A DNA stretch of 64,000 nt from Octopus sinensis. Taxonomy: Eukaryota. A program made the position numbers and the translations under genes. The notes below the pieces were generated by a model, which ran no database searches, had not been told where the DNA came from, and worked only from the letters and a program-made list of their open reading frames with translations. Of the stretch, positions 37,729 through 52,099 are shown in pieces. The stretch covers positions 3,348,001 through 3,412,000 of the forward strand of contig NC_043014.1 in assembly GCF_006345805.1 (NCBI RefSeq). Direction: 5' to 3'. How positions within the stretch are numbered: position 1 is the first letter of the stretch; each line of letters opens with the position of its first letter.

Positions 37729-38883
37729 AGCATAAGTATATAAACATACAAGCACATACCCATGCAAGCTTGGGAAAATGGACATTAAAATGATAATGAT
37801 GGTGATCATGTGTGTGTGTGTGTGTGTATGCATATACTTATAACATATATATATATATACATATATAAATATACATTTACTGAATGATATTATATATATC
37901 AATGTGTGTGCATACATGTATAAAATAAATTTCATCATCATCATCATCATCATTTAACGTCCGTTCTCCATGCTAGCATGGGTTGGACGGTTCGACCGGG
38001 GATCTGGGAAGCCAGAAGGCTGCACCAGGCTCCAGTTTTATCTGGCAATGTTTCTACAGCTGGATGCCCTTCCTAACGCCAAATTTATGTATACTATATA
38101 TAAGTATACATTTGGTATGTATGCTTGTATATATTATCTACATATATATACTTACATGCGCTTATACATATATATATATATATATTTCGTTTTTGGATTT
38201 GGTTTGCAAGATTCTTTATGTGAGTTTGTGTGTTGAAGCATATTTTGTTGTGTCTGGGGAGAGTCACTCTCTATTGGGGCCTTATAATTTAACACACTCA
38301 CTGGTAAAATTTCCTCTTATTTTTTTTTTGAGAGTCAAAACTATTGGAAAGGTTGCAAGACGCCACAAAAATTTTAGAAAAATAAAAAAGAAATAAGTGG
38401 AAATTTTACCAGCGAGTATTTTAAATTATAAGGCACCAAAAGAGAATGACTCTCCCCAGACACCACAGTATGTATATATATATGTATGTATGTATATACA
38501 CACAAGTATGATCTAAATTACAGAACTGTTGTGTTCTTGAAAACCTCACAGCAACAGGAAATTCATTTCCTATTTGCCTTCACATCACACACAATTCAAT
38601 GGCAACCACATTTTTGCATCACGGAATCCCGTAAGATCGTCAGAAACGCAAAAGGTTCCATTACTCATTGGATGTCTTACAAAATCCATCTAATTAAATA
38701 TTTCATTTTTAATTACTTTATTATAATCATTATTTTGTTTTTCTCTCCTTTATAATGAAGACTGAAGATTTTTTTTTTAAATACGTTAAAACGAAAGGCA
38801 TTATTATTATTATTATTCAGCCCTTGTGGCCAATAAAGTATCATTATTATTATTATTAACAGTACTGGTGGTGACGGATTTAA

Positions 38884-39073
38884 CTCTTTAGCATTCAGAT
38901 TATTCTGTCAAATGTAATCCTGGATTATCTCATAGCTTCAAGATATTGATAATCTGATTGTTTATTTTTAGAATGACATCATAGGGTAGGTGTGAAAGGT
39001 CAGAGCCGGCCAGTTTGAGCATAAGACAGGTTGAATATTTTGGCTGGACATAACCAGTTTAAATGCTAAAGGG
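38884..39073. mobile_element. piggyBac-type MITE
   Basis: TTAA|c(t)ctttagcatt ... aatgctaaaggg|TTAA; the family also occurs at 42699-42916, 44968-45163 and 60162-60382. Confidence 0.85.
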
Positions 39074-39826
39074 TTAAAAACAAATACATATTTCTAGAAA
39101 GATCACCACGTGTTGCTTATTGAGGAAGCAGTGTGATCTTGGAGCATGAGCACACAGGGTGGTTCTCTAGAATCAACATGGGTTTAAGGGCCCCTGCACC
39201 ATATGTAATGAGGTTGTATATGTAGGAGAATCAGTGCCTAGTTTGGCCTACAGCCCTGTAATGTTCATATGGCCCTAGACATAGGGTTCATGGTAGAGGT
39301 GACGATGGTGGTGATGATGATGATGAGGATTGTAATGATGATGGTGGTGGTGGAGGTAAGTGTTCCTAATTTAGGTACAAGGCCAGCTATTTCAAGCAGG
39401 GATTGGGTTGGTCAGTTACAAGGACCCCAGTACTTGACTGTGTATTTTGAGAGTATTTTATTGACCCAGAATGTATGAAAGGCAAAACAGACCTCAGTAT
39501 GGTAAGAACTCAGAACCTAAAGAGCTAGAACAGATTTCACAAGTTCTATCAAACCATTCCTCTTGTGGTAGTCCTAACAATGGTTTCTAATTTAGGCACA
39601 AGGCCAGCAATTTCGAGGTGAAGAGGGTTAGTTGATGCCATCAACCTTCGTACTTGACTGATAGTTCCTTTCACCCCCCCCGCCCCCGACCCCCCCAAAA
39701 AAAGAATGAAACAAAGCTGGCCTCAGTGGGTTTTGAACTCAGAATGCAAAGAGCCAAAACAAATAGTGCAAAGCATTTCTTCTAAGGCTTTTATGATTCT
39801 GCCAGCTCACCACCTTAATAATAATG

Positions 39827-39895
<69 letters not shown>

Positions 39896-39949
39896 TGATG
39901 ATAATAATAATGATAATGATGATAATGATGATGATGATGATGAAGATAA

Positions 39950-40745
39950 GACAAACAGAGAAAAAAGATGGCAATGGATGACTAAAAGTGATTTAAAACC
40001 AGAAATGGAGGCTCTAATCTGTGCTGCCCAAGAGCAGGCATTAAGAACTAATTACATCAAATACAGAATGGACAACACATCAGAAAGTGATAAGTGAAGA
40101 ATTTGTGGACAAAATGGTGAAACCATATGGTATATTACCAACCAGTGTACGCCACTAGCCCAGAAAGAATATGAGAGACATCATGATAATATAGCAAGGA
40201 TTGTCCATTGGACACTTTGCAACAAGTATGGACTTGACAGAGCAAAAAAAAAGGTATGAACATAAACCCGAAGTCATCATCGAAAATGATAATGCAAAGA
40301 TCCTGTGGGATTTTATGATTCAGAGCAACCATGAGATAGAGAATAGGAAACCAGACATTGAATTAATTGAGGAAGATAGCAAACTATGCTGGATCATAGA
40401 TATAGCATGCCCAGCTGAAAACAAGGTATGCGATAAGAAAGAAAGAAAAGTCGAGAGATACGACAGGTTAGCTTGGGAGGTTAAGCAGTGGTCAATGAAA
40501 CAAGTGGTAGTAGGACCAATAATTGTCAGAGCCCTGGGATCAGTGAGTAAAAATCTTGAGAAGTACATGGAACAAATAGGGACTGCAATAAGGGTGGAGT
40601 ACTTGCAGAAAACAGCACTGCTTGGAACTGCTTGAATACTCTGGATGGTGCTTGAAAAATATGGGATGTTACCTTAGTTCACTGGTAGTGAACAGCTGGC
40701 ACCATAGTACATCTCCAGCATTAGAAGCTGTGCAAAGGCAACAAT
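39950..40745 (+). mobile_element. 3' part of an RLE-type (R4/Dong-like) non-LTR retrotransposon
   Basis: ALICAAQEQALRTNY, degenerate CCHC (RICG...ETIWYI..QC), HHDNIARIVHWTLC, ILWDF.IQ..HEIENRKPDIELI...IIDIACP (PD..D endonuclease), QKTALLGTA; flanked by (AAT)n on both sides. Confidence 0.85.
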
Positions 40746-42166
40746 AAATAATAATAATAATAATAATACTTTCTACTATAGGCAAACGGCCTGAAATTTT
40801 TTGGGAAGGGACTGGTCAATTATATCAACCCCAGTATTTCACTGGTACTTAATTTATTGACCCTGAAAGGATGAAAGGCAAAGTCGACCTCAGTGGAATT
40901 TGAACTTAGAATATAAGGACAGATGAGATGCTGAGAAGCATCTTGCCTGGGATGCTAACAATTCTGCCAGCTTACTGAAATTTGGGGGTGGCAAGTCGAT
41001 TACATCGACCCCAGTGCTTGACTGGTACTTAATGTATCACCCCCCCATTGAAGGGCAATGTTGGCCTGGGCAGAATTTGAACTCAGTGTTTCACTGGTAC
41101 TTAATTTATTGACTCCAAAGGATAAAAGGCAAAGCTGACCTCAGTGGAATTTGAACTCAGAACGTACAGATGGATGAAATGCTACTGAGCATTTCACCCA
41201 GTGTGCTAATGATTCAGCCAGCTCGCCACCTTAAAAGTAGTAATAATAATAATAATAATAATAATAATTTCTCTTTACTGGCCACAAGGGCTGAACACAA
41301 AACAAATAGGTACAATACTACACAATAAAAGGAACGGACACAGCTTGACCAGTGGTAATATAAGGGGTTTATTCATTGTTAAATAAAGAAAGGTTCACAT
41401 GTAAATGTTTAGCCAACCCATACCCCTCCACATTCCCTAACATCACCACCACCACCACCACGGTGCCACATTGTTATGTTGCTTGAATCTCCCCCCACCC
41501 CACCTAAATACAAGTGCTTGTTTTTATTATTTCTTTTCTTTTTAATCATGTTTTAATTCAGTTTAATTATAGAAGGAAAGATGTATGTATATATATATAT
41601 ATATATATATAATAACAAAGGGTAAAATTAATTAATTAAGAAGTAATCAATAATTTCACCAAGTAGAATTCGGTATGAAAAAAGGACCATTTCACGGTAA
41701 ACTTAAGTAATACTTAATAAAAAGGGTTCAGCAAAGATTTGCTTTACCACATACCGAAGTTTAGAAATAGCAGCCAAAAATCTTAGCTATTTCTTCTACT
41801 TTAAAAAGGTTTCTTTTGGTTTCTCTAGGAGTCCCTTTTTAAAGTAGAAGAAATAGCTAAGATTTTTGGCTGCTATTTCTAAACTTCAGTATGTGGTAAA
41901 GCAAATCTTTGCTGAACCCTTTTTATTAAGTATATATATATACACACACACATATATTACCCTTAATACAAATATATATTTCCTTGTATATAAACATATA
42001 TATGCATATATGTATATACACACACACACGTACATGTATCTATATCTATATGCATATATATACACACATAAATATTATTCTCACACACACACATATGAAC
42101 ACGTACAACATTCAAAATATAAACAAATATGTCTTCTATTCCCTTGACCTTTGTTACATTTTACAA

Positions 42167-42570
42167 GGCGCAGGAGTGGCTGTGTGGTAAGTAGCTTGCT
42201 AACCAGCCACATGGTTCCTGGTTCAATCCCCCTGCTTGGCATCTTGGGCAAGTGTCTTCTGCTATAGCCTCGGGCTGACCAATGCCTTGTGAGTGGATTT
42301 GGTAGACGGAAACTGAAAGAAGCCTGTCGTATATATGTATATATATGTATGTGTGTCTGTGTTTGTCCCCCTAGCATTGCTTGACAACCGATGCTGGTGT
42401 GTTTACGTCCCCGTCACTTAGCGGTTCGGCAAAAGAGACCGATAGAATAAGTACTGGGCTTACAAAAGAATAAGTCCCGGGGTCGAGTTGCTCGATTAAA
42501 GGCGGTGTTCCAGCATGGCTGCAGTCAGATGACTGAAACAAGTAAAAGAGTAAAGAGAGAGAGTAAAGAG
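42167..42570 (+). mobile_element. SINE family A, full length
   Basis: Direct match to 1529-1930. Confidence 0.9.
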
Positions 42571-42698
42571 TATCTTCTACAAAAACCATCATTGATCAGC
42601 TCAACAATGTTCACCAAAATACTTCAACCCTGCATAATACACCCTGATATTACCAAACAAAAGAGACAGGGGTAAACAACAGCACCCGTGACATTTAA

Positions 42699-42916
42699 CT
42701 CTTTAGCATTCAAATTATTCCATCAAATTTAAGGCTTATTTATTCCCAATGTTTTGAATTATTCATACTTCATCTCAAGCCTTGAAATTTTGGTGATATG
42801 ATTGTATAATTGTAGAATGACTTTGTAGGATGGAAGTAAGAGACCAGCTCTGGCTAGTTTGGCCATAAACAGGTAGAATGTTTGGGCTGGACATGACCGG
42901 TTTAAATGCTAAAGAG
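42699..42916. mobile_element. piggyBac-type MITE
   Basis: TTAA|ctctttagcatt ... aatgctaaagag|TTGA. Confidence 0.8.
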
Positions 42917-43349
42917 TTGAAAGCAAACATGACTCTGCAATGATGCCCTTGTTGCATCTCATATTACTGGTATCAGGTTTGTCTCAAGTATGTCTGAAGT
43001 AAACTACTTTGAAGCCTGATGTGGTTTCTGGCCCTAATGAAGACCCATGAATAGGGGTTTTACTGAGGGGCATAACGCAAGGGGCAGGGTGTGCTTTGAG
43101 TAGGGCGCATGGAACTATATATAATGCGTTTGTTGACATGAGGAAAGGTTCCATCCCAGTCAACCGAGAAGCTTTGACCTATTGCCTCTCTCTTTCTTTC
43201 TCTTGCCCACCCCCACTCATTCATGTGTGCATGCATTTGTGAGCGTGTGTGTGTATGTGTCAGTGTGTTCACATATTTTTTAACTGCCCTACTGAAACCT
43301 TTTTTAATTTATTCTGTTCAAGAGTTTTCACAATGTATGTGGTCTCTCA

Positions 43350-43379
<30 letters not shown>

Positions 43380-43381
<2 letters not shown>

Positions 43382-43780
43382 CATAATTTTCGAGACGCAT
43401 AAATTTAATGATTATCGACAATTTTTTTGTTTCGGCGTATCTGGCATTAGAATTTTTCTTCTGCCCTTATCTTGTAAATTATGTATAAATTTTACCTTTA
43501 AAGGCATTTTTTGATATGCTGGCCATTGATAAAATTTTTTTCCTGAAAAAAATTTTTATCCTATATCAATTATATATATAATATATATATATATACATAA
43601 TTTTCGAGACGCATAATTTAATGATTATCGACAATTTTTTTGTTTCGGCGTATCTGGCATTAGAATTTTTCTTCTGCCCTTATCTTGTAAATTATGTATA
43701 AATTTTACCTTTAAAGGCATTTTTTGATATGCTGGCCATTGATAAAATTTTTTTCCTGAAAAAAATTTTTATCCTATATC

Positions 43781-43790
<10 letters not shown>
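43380..43790. repeat. Direct duplication of a ~200-bp unit separated and flanked by (TA)n
   Basis: acataattttcgagacgcata...atcctatatcaatt occurs at about 43380-43578 and 43595-43790, nearly identical. Confidence 0.9.
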
Positions 43791-43839
<49 letters not shown>

Positions 43840-44967
43840 ATATATATGCATACATATATATGTATGTGTGTCATCCTTTGAAAAATAGCTACAGGTTTAA
43901 GGGTTAGTGACAGGAAGTGTATCCGGTTGGAAAATCCTACTGAAGACAAATCCTCTTCCATCCCATGCTAGCAGGGCAAAACAAACATTAAACGAACAAA
44001 CAAATTTATATATATACACACTCATATATACACATAAGCACAAACACACACACGCATATATACTTACACATAAACAAACACACACACACACGCATATATA
44101 TAATGGAGAGATAAATAATGAGACAAATTTCCTTTTCCTCGCAGCATATTACACATAAAACAAACAAACAAAAGCTGACCCTGGTAGCTGACCACAACTT
44201 TATTTGGTGATGGTCACAGCTGATTAAACTGACTCCAAAGGAGGCAAACACGGAAATCTAACCTGGTAGAAATGAATTGTTATCGCCATATTAATATGGC
44301 ATTCTTATAGATATAATATTTTATAGAGACTTAGTAATTTTAATATTTCTATTATAACCTGGTAGAATTTAAAGTCAGAATGCATGAAACAATAATCTTC
44401 AGGTATTCTTTGCTATTATCCTAATAGGACTTGTCTGTAATACCATAATCCTCTTCACACCAGCCTGGGATTAACCCTAGTTCTACGATAAAAATTCCAT
44501 TTTAAAGTTGGACAGGTTTGCAAATTTCAACATTTAATATTTGTGACACCAACTTTATTGTTGTTTAGCCTCAGATCAACTCTGAACAATCAAAGCTTTG
44601 ATCAAAGGCATTCCAGCTATGACCATCCCACTTGAAACTTTGCAGACCCAGTGTAACACAAACTACACTAAGATTTTGTTTAAGACAACAAGGTGCAACA
44701 TGAGGGACATTTAGCTGTTATTTTCAATGTTGCCGATGTTGTTTAGCCCAAGGTCAACCCTAACTGGACAGGCATATGATCAAAGTTAATCCAACCAGCC
44801 GCTACCGTCTTATTTTATTTTTTTCTTTATGTACATAGGACTCAGGGCCACGTTATTCAATGACATTCAAAGAGGGTGTGATTTGAGGTAGATTTGACTG
44901 CTATTTCCAGCAGGTTTAGCAACCATAGAGAGGCTCCCCCCCTCATTAAATACGTTGCTGGACTTAA

Positions 44968-45163
44968 CCCTTTAGCATTCAGATTACTCTGTCAGATGTG
45001 ATATTTAGTCCTTCACATTGTTTCGAAATAATCCTGGATTATCTCATAGCTTTCAGATTTCAATGAAGTGATTGTTTATTTTTAGAATGACATTGTAGGG
45101 TAAGTGTGAGAGGCCTGATCTGACCAGTTTGGACCGGATATGGCTGGCTTAAATGCTAAAGGG
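44968..45163. mobile_element. piggyBac-type MITE
   Basis: TTAA|ccctttagcatt ... aatgctaaaggg|TTAA, perfect 12-bp TIR. Confidence 0.88.
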
Positions 45164-45759
45164 TTAAACCACAATTGTCAGTGGTGGTGGCAGTGTAGGT
45201 AAGGGTTATCAGTGGTGGTGGGCATGTTGGATTATTCCTTTACTATAATTAATTGCTGCAGAGCTTGATTAATTAGATAAAATCAAGCACTTGAATGGCA
45301 GAGGGAGGAGGGGTATGTGTTTTATTGGTTTCCAGAGCCATGAAAGTTCAAAGCTAGCCACAGTGGGATTTGAACTCAGAACCTAAACGATTGCGGCTAA
45401 ATACACTTGTCCACCGCCCTTGTTGTAAATGATGAGAATGGTTACTGGCACAGGAAGAGATGGGGTGTGGGCTGGCATTTTCAGGGAGGGGGAGGAGGGG
45501 GAAGTCATTAAAACGAAACCCCATCAGTAAATCATCTTAATGAGTCCCCCATCACTGCTAACCCCACCCTGGAAAATTACATGCAACACCAAGCTGACTT
45601 TCATGAGATTTTAATTCAGGAAAAAAAGTGGGGGCAGGGAAACATAACCCCAAATTGCTTGGGTGATTCTCAATAAGGTATGTGTGGGTGTTTTTGGTGG
45701 GGTCTACACTTTATACTTTCCACCACACTTGTTATAATAGAATAAAGGTTTGACTGGCT

Positions 45760-46030
45760 TCTGTGCCGGTGGCACGTAAAAAGCACCATCCGATTGTGGG
45801 CGTTTGCCAGCCTCGTCTGGCACCTGTGCAGGTGGCACGTATAAAGCACCCACTACACTCACGGAGTGGTTGGCGTTAGGAAGGGCATCCAGCTGTAGAA
45901 ACACTGCCAGATCAGACTGGAGCCTGGTGCAACCATCTGGCTTCCCAGATCCCCGGTCGAACCATCCAACCCATGCTAGCATGGAAAACGGATGTTAAAC
46001 GATGATGATGATGTTGATGATGATGATGAT
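45760..46030 (+). mobile_element. Isolated RTE 3' end with a (GAT)n tail
   Basis: Matches the 3' UTR of the 55846-59036 RTE; other such ends lie at 37941-38082, 59596-59745 and 63864-64000 (minus strand). Confidence 0.88.
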
Positions 46031-47062
46031 GATGAGAGGTTTCTAGGCAAAGGACACAGGGCCAGAAACTTGAGGAGCAGGTTTTATCAATTACATCAAC
46101 CTCACTATATGACTGGTACTTTGTTCCATCAACCTCAGAGGGGCAGAAAGCAAAAGCAACCATAGCAGGATTTGAACCCAGAATGTAAAGAGCTGGGGGC
46201 AATACTGCAAAGTATTTTTTCTTTCTTATGCTCAAACAGTTCTGCCAGCTCACTGCCTTGAAAATACCGATAATGGCTTCAAATTTTGGCACAAGGCCAG
46301 CAATGTTAAGGGAGTGGAATTGGTCGATTACACTGACCCCCGGGGTTCAACTGCTAATTCTTTGATTGGCCTTGAAAGGATAAAAGGCAGAGTCGACCTC
46401 AGTGAAATTTGAACCCAGAGCACAGAGCTGAAGGAAATGTGAAGCATTTTATCCGCCACACTAGCAATTCCACCAGCTCGGCCTTAATTCTAATTTAAGC
46501 ACAAAGCCAGTAATTTTTAGAGGATACCATGACTGGTACTTTATTTTATCAAATTTGGAGGGGAGAAAAGCAAAGCTGCTTTCAACAGAATTTGAACTCA
46601 AATCATAGAGAGCCAGGGTGCATACCACAAGGCATTTTTTCTGATGATCAAACGGTTCTACCAACCCACCACTCTTCAGAACAAAGGTTTCAGTAATTTC
46701 GAAGGTTGGAGATTTAATTGGTTACATTAACTCCAATATTTAACAAGTACTTCATTGTATTGATCCCTGAAGGATGAAAAGGGAAAGATGATTATCATGG
46801 GGTTTGAACTCAGAACCTAAACTGCCAGAATAAACAAAACACTTCTCTTTCATGCTCAGACAATTCTACCAATCCACCACACTCTATGATGATAATAATA
46901 ATAGCTTCAAATTTTGACACAAAGCCAGTGCTCCACTGGTACTTAATTTATCAACCCCTAAAGGATGAAAGGCAAAGTTGACCTTGGCAGAATTTGAACT
47001 CAGAACATAAAGACAGACAAAATGCCAGCTCACCAGCTTAGTAATAATAATGATAATAATAG

Positions 47063-47096
<34 letters not shown>

Positions 47097-47534
47097 CTCT
47101 AACTTTGGTAAATGTGATAGGAATGGGTTAGTTGATACCATTGACCCCATTATTCAATTAGTACTTTATTTTATCAACCCTAAAAGGATGAAAGGCAAAG
47201 CTGACCTCGGCAGGATTTGAACTCAGAATATGAAGAGCCGGAAGAAGCCATTCAAAGCAGTTTTTCCAACTCCCCCAATGGCTCTGCCAGTTTGTCACCT
47301 GATCTGATAAGAACAGGGGACAAGTCTTTCCCCCTACAGGAACAAGAGGAGGAGGAGGAGGAGGAGGTGTTGGCCGATCGTTTCAAAACCCCAGTATTCA
47401 ACTGGTACTTTATTTTATTAATCTCAAGTGGATGAAAGGCAAAGTGGACCTCAGTGGAATTGGAACTCTGAATGTAAAAGGGCCGAAAGAAATGTCGCAA
47501 AAGATTGTGCCAACACACCACAGTAATGATGATG

Positions 47535-47580
<46 letters not shown>

Positions 47581-50076
47581 TGATGATCCTTTCTACTAAA
47601 GGCATAAGGCCTGAAATTTGGAGGGAGGGGACTAGTCGATCACACTGACCCCAGTGTTTCACTGGTACTTAATTTATCGAACCTGAAAGGTAAAGTCGAC
47701 CTCAGCAGAATTTGAACTTAGAATGTAAGGACAGATGAGATGCTGAGGAGCATTTCGCTTGGGGTGCTAACAATTCTGCCAGCTTACTATTAATCCCTTT
47801 TTATTAGAGGTACAAGACCTGAAATTTGGGGGTGGCTAGTCGATTACATTGAACCCAGTGCTTGACTGGTTCTTAATGTATCACCCGCCACCCAAAAAAA
47901 AGATGAAGGGGCAATATTGGCCTGGGCAGAATTTGAACTCGGAACGTAAAGACTGACAAAATGCCACTAAGCATTTTGCTCGGCGTGCTAATGATTCTGC
48001 CAGCTCACCACTTTCATGATGATGACGATGATGATGATGAAAATTGTTATCACTGAAGCAAAGCAATACTCTCACACACACACACACACACACACATAAA
48101 GATACATTTATCCATAGACAGGAATAACTATTGACAAATCAACAGAAATGAAATAAAAAAAATAATTAAACGAAGATCCTTATTATATTTGCTGACAGAC
48201 ATTTGTGGTTTTGTTACAAAAATAATTCTTCACAAACATTTGGGTTTCTAATGCCTTTTTTTTTGTCTTTTTTTTTCCGCATTTTTTGTCACCACACACC
48301 AAAGCATTTCTACAGATGTCGAAACAGAAAGAAAAAAAACAATCGAAAAACAAAACAAAATAAAAAAAAGAAAATGATATTTAAACAGGAATTCCAAAAA
48401 TATTAGTGGACAAAGGGATAAATTTTTTTTCTTCTTTGTATGTTTGTTTGTTTGTTTGTTTTGCTATTTTTTTGCAATTTAAAGTAATTAATCGATTTCT
48501 ATAAAAAAAAACAACTTTGGATTTGATTGGCTTCAAAGACAAGAAGGGACAACATAAAAGGGAAGGGTATGATAGGGGGTTTGAAAGAAAAACCAAAAAA
48601 TAACACCTTGGCTTCCAACAACAACAAAAAAAAATGATTTAAAATGTATGAAATGAAAGATGACAATGTGAACAGAAAGAAAGTTAATCGGCCTCTGTAA
48701 TCATTTACAGATTGTTCTTCTGGTTGTTATTGTTCGTTATGTTTCACATCAATTAGTAATAATGATAATTTACAAGCTAACCCAAGGCTTCACATTAATT
48801 AGTAGTGAAATAAAAGGTTAAATTCTATCAAGCTTTGACTTCCTCGAGAAGTGGTATGAATGACCCCTCAGCAAGATGATGCCAAAACCCTAGTCGCAAA
48901 TTTGGTTTCCAACTTGGACTTCACCAGAGTATAATCTAGTATCCCTGGTGCTGTTTGCTGCGTGGTAGTTCCAAAATGGTGATTCCTTATCAAACTGCGA
49001 AACCACCAAGTGTGAAATTGGACAAAATAAGTTGTTCCTTTTCCGGGAAGTTAAAAAAAAAAAAAAATGAAGTGTCTTGCCGAAGGTTGGTTTTGTGACT
49101 TAATTTCTGCAGCAGGACAGGACCCTGAAAACGTGACAGAACAAATAAAGTGTTGTATTCATTGGGGGTGCCAGTCTTGTACCTTTTCTTCCCAGCCAAG
49201 CTTTATCTGAAGGGGGCCAAGTATAATAATCAAAAAAAAAAAAAAAAAGGGGATTGGGGTTAGAAAATATTACTTACAAAAGACAACTGATGGGAAAGAA
49301 TATTAAATTTGTTTGCAGGGGGAAACGACAGGGTTAGCATCAGTGAGGTCACAATCCAAAGACAGGGTTTAGATAAGGAAATCATAGTGAAAAGGTGGAA
49401 ACAAACAGGGCAGTCATAATACTGGTTTTTGGTATTAGATGGGATAGTCACAGTATAGGACTATGATCTGGTGGTAAGGTTAGGGCACAGGGTTAGGGTC
49501 AGATGGTGAAATGAGGACATAGGTTTAGGGTCAGACGTTGAGGTCAAGACAGAAGGTTAAAGTGCAAGATCTGAGTCTGGATTTAAGAGCAATGACACGG
49601 CTGGATGCCTGTCTTAGGATGAAAGCAGAGACCAGGTCGTGGTGCAGGTTTTGATCATGGGAGTGCTGCTTCTGAGGGAGACAGCACTGTCTTGAGGGGA
49701 AGGGCACAGAATGAGAGAAAGAGAGAGAAAGGAGAGGGAGGGAGTGAGGGTCATGTTTTCCGATGAAGAGAAAGAGAAGTTTTGGGTTTTTTTTTTTCAG
49801 TGTCAAAGAGTAGAGATATATTTCAAGGGAGAAAACCGATTCTGGAGGTGGACATATGCCTGATAGAAACCAACTGGCTTTCATAAATACATAGATTTTG
49901 CATTTATATGTGACAGTTTGTTCTTTTTTTTTTGCCTGTTTTTTTCTGGTTTTTTTTTTGTTTGTTTGTTTGTTAGTTTTGAGTGTAGAGTAGTTAAGAT
50001 GGAGTGAGAGTGAAAGTGGAGTGATAGTGGAGTTGAGTGTTGTTTCGAAAATGCATGTTACGAAACAACAGAAAAA

Positions 50077-51578
50077 TTAACTGACGGGGTTCGGAAATAA
50101 GTGGTAGTTCCTTTTTAATTTTTCACAGGTCTTGCATATCCACTGCTTCTGCTCGTCAGCAAGTTTATTGGGGTCGTGATCCGGGATCAGCGAACCAGGA
50201 AATGGTGAAAATCGACTCAGTTGGTCTCTGGGCAATGGTCTTTCACACGAAATACACATATAGCCCAAACTCTGCTTGGAATACATTTGCATCCCAGCGT
50301 CAGCAGATTTTCCATAGTTAACAACAGAAGAAGAAAATGCAGAACTAGAAGACTCAACCTCTTTTTTCCGATGACCATGGTCAGTTTTTTTCCTAACGTC
50401 TGGCACCGATTTCAGATAAGAGCAGTTTCCATCGCGGTCAATATTACTGCCAGGAACCCCGTGGTACGGATTCATGTAGGAGAAGTTTGACATTCGGTTT
50501 TGCTCAGGGATTATACAGGGGAAGTTTATATCTCTGTCATTGAGGTTGCGACTTTGGTTTTGGTTGAAGAATGGATGGATCACGCCACCGGCTTTGTCGT
50601 TCGGGTCTTTGTTCTGCGACTGAACGCCATAAGGAAACATAGATGCCCTATCAGCTGAAGGGACCTCAGTCTGATAGGGATTCAGGCAGAACGATCCCGC
50701 TGCCATTCCGCTGCTGCCCCCTGATGTTGTTGCTCCACCACCGCCGCCACCACCAGTTGCTGCTGCCGTTGCCGCAGAGACATCCGCACCGGCCCCTGCA
50801 CCAGTTACTCCACGGTCGGCAGGGAGATTTTTGTTTTGTTCCTGATCCATGCAAGGGAAGACCGGGCCCTTGTCATGCGTGTCTTTGTTAGGGATCAACG
50901 TCATACCTGGAAACACTGGGCCCCCTAAACCAGCCCTGTCCAGTTCGTTCTTGTCAGCAATCTGATCCATACACGGGAACACGCTTCCCCTTTCAGGAAC
51001 AATTTTGTTTACTTGATTTCGGCTCATAAACACGCTGTCTCGATCCGACATTGTCTTGCCATGGTTTTCCGATGACATGTTCGACTTGGAGTAAAGGTAG
51101 TCCGATTGCCTGTTCGTCACTGCCTTTTGGTTTGAGCCGACGTATGCAAAATCAGGAGACTGCTCCTCATTAGGATTCGGTTTTGGGGTCTGCAGACGGT
51201 CGTCTTTACTTTTCATTTGATCAATGCAGAAACTGTCTACATTTCCATCTGGGCCGCAGGTGTCTGTGTAGCGTAGCAGAGAATCTTGTTCAACCATAGT
51301 TGACCCTTTACCACGGGGTTTTTGTCCCGTCTTCATCATTTGTACCATAATGCGCTTTCTCTCCACACGCATCTTGGAATTCATTCGCATGCGTTCCAAC
51401 CGTTTCTGGCGCTCGTCAAGTGACTCAGTCTCTAAGCGACGCCTTTGGTACTGTCGCATCTGTTCCAGTCTTTTTTCACGAGGATTTATGCAGCCACCAC
51501 TAAACTGGTTTCCATTAGATTTCGACCCCTGGTCACAGTTTGGTCCACACATCATGTTACTAGCACATTCATAACAAT
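50077..51578 (-). CDS. STPR-repeat protein, terminal coding exon B (two STPR-like repeats, FPCM-type repeats, C-terminal CxxC-x36-CxxC)
   Basis: Minus-strand acceptor ttttatctatttgcag|AT at 51578 (phase 1, in frame with exon A); 500-codon open frame ending TAA at 50077; CISC...WICKTC at 50256-50125. Confidence 0.88.
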
Positions 51579-52059
51579 CTGCAAATAGATAAAATATACA
51601 AAATATACGAGCTTTTAATTACAATATAGACATAATTTAAAGTGTGTGTGTGTGGGGGGAGTCTATATGCATTGATTCTCCAGTCTCTCATCCTCTCTCT
51701 GCCTCTATTCACACACACGCACCCGCTCCCTCATGCATGTGTGCATGCATCTCACATATGCGTGTATCTTTGTCTCACACACACTCACAAAACTATCCTC
51801 TTACATGTATGAGTCTACATATATATGTATGTGTGTGTGTGCGCATGTATATATGTATGTATGTATATTTATAGAGAGAGAGAGAGAGAGAGAAAGAAAG
51901 ACAGACAGATAGCTATATGTAGATACATGTGTGTGCATATGTATCATGTTTATTCTCCCCATACATACCAGTTAACCAGTATGTAAGAGGGTGGTATGTG
52001 TGTATAAGTATACACACATACCACCCTCTTACATACTGGTTAACTGGTATGTATGTGCA

Positions 52060-52099
<40 letters not shown>

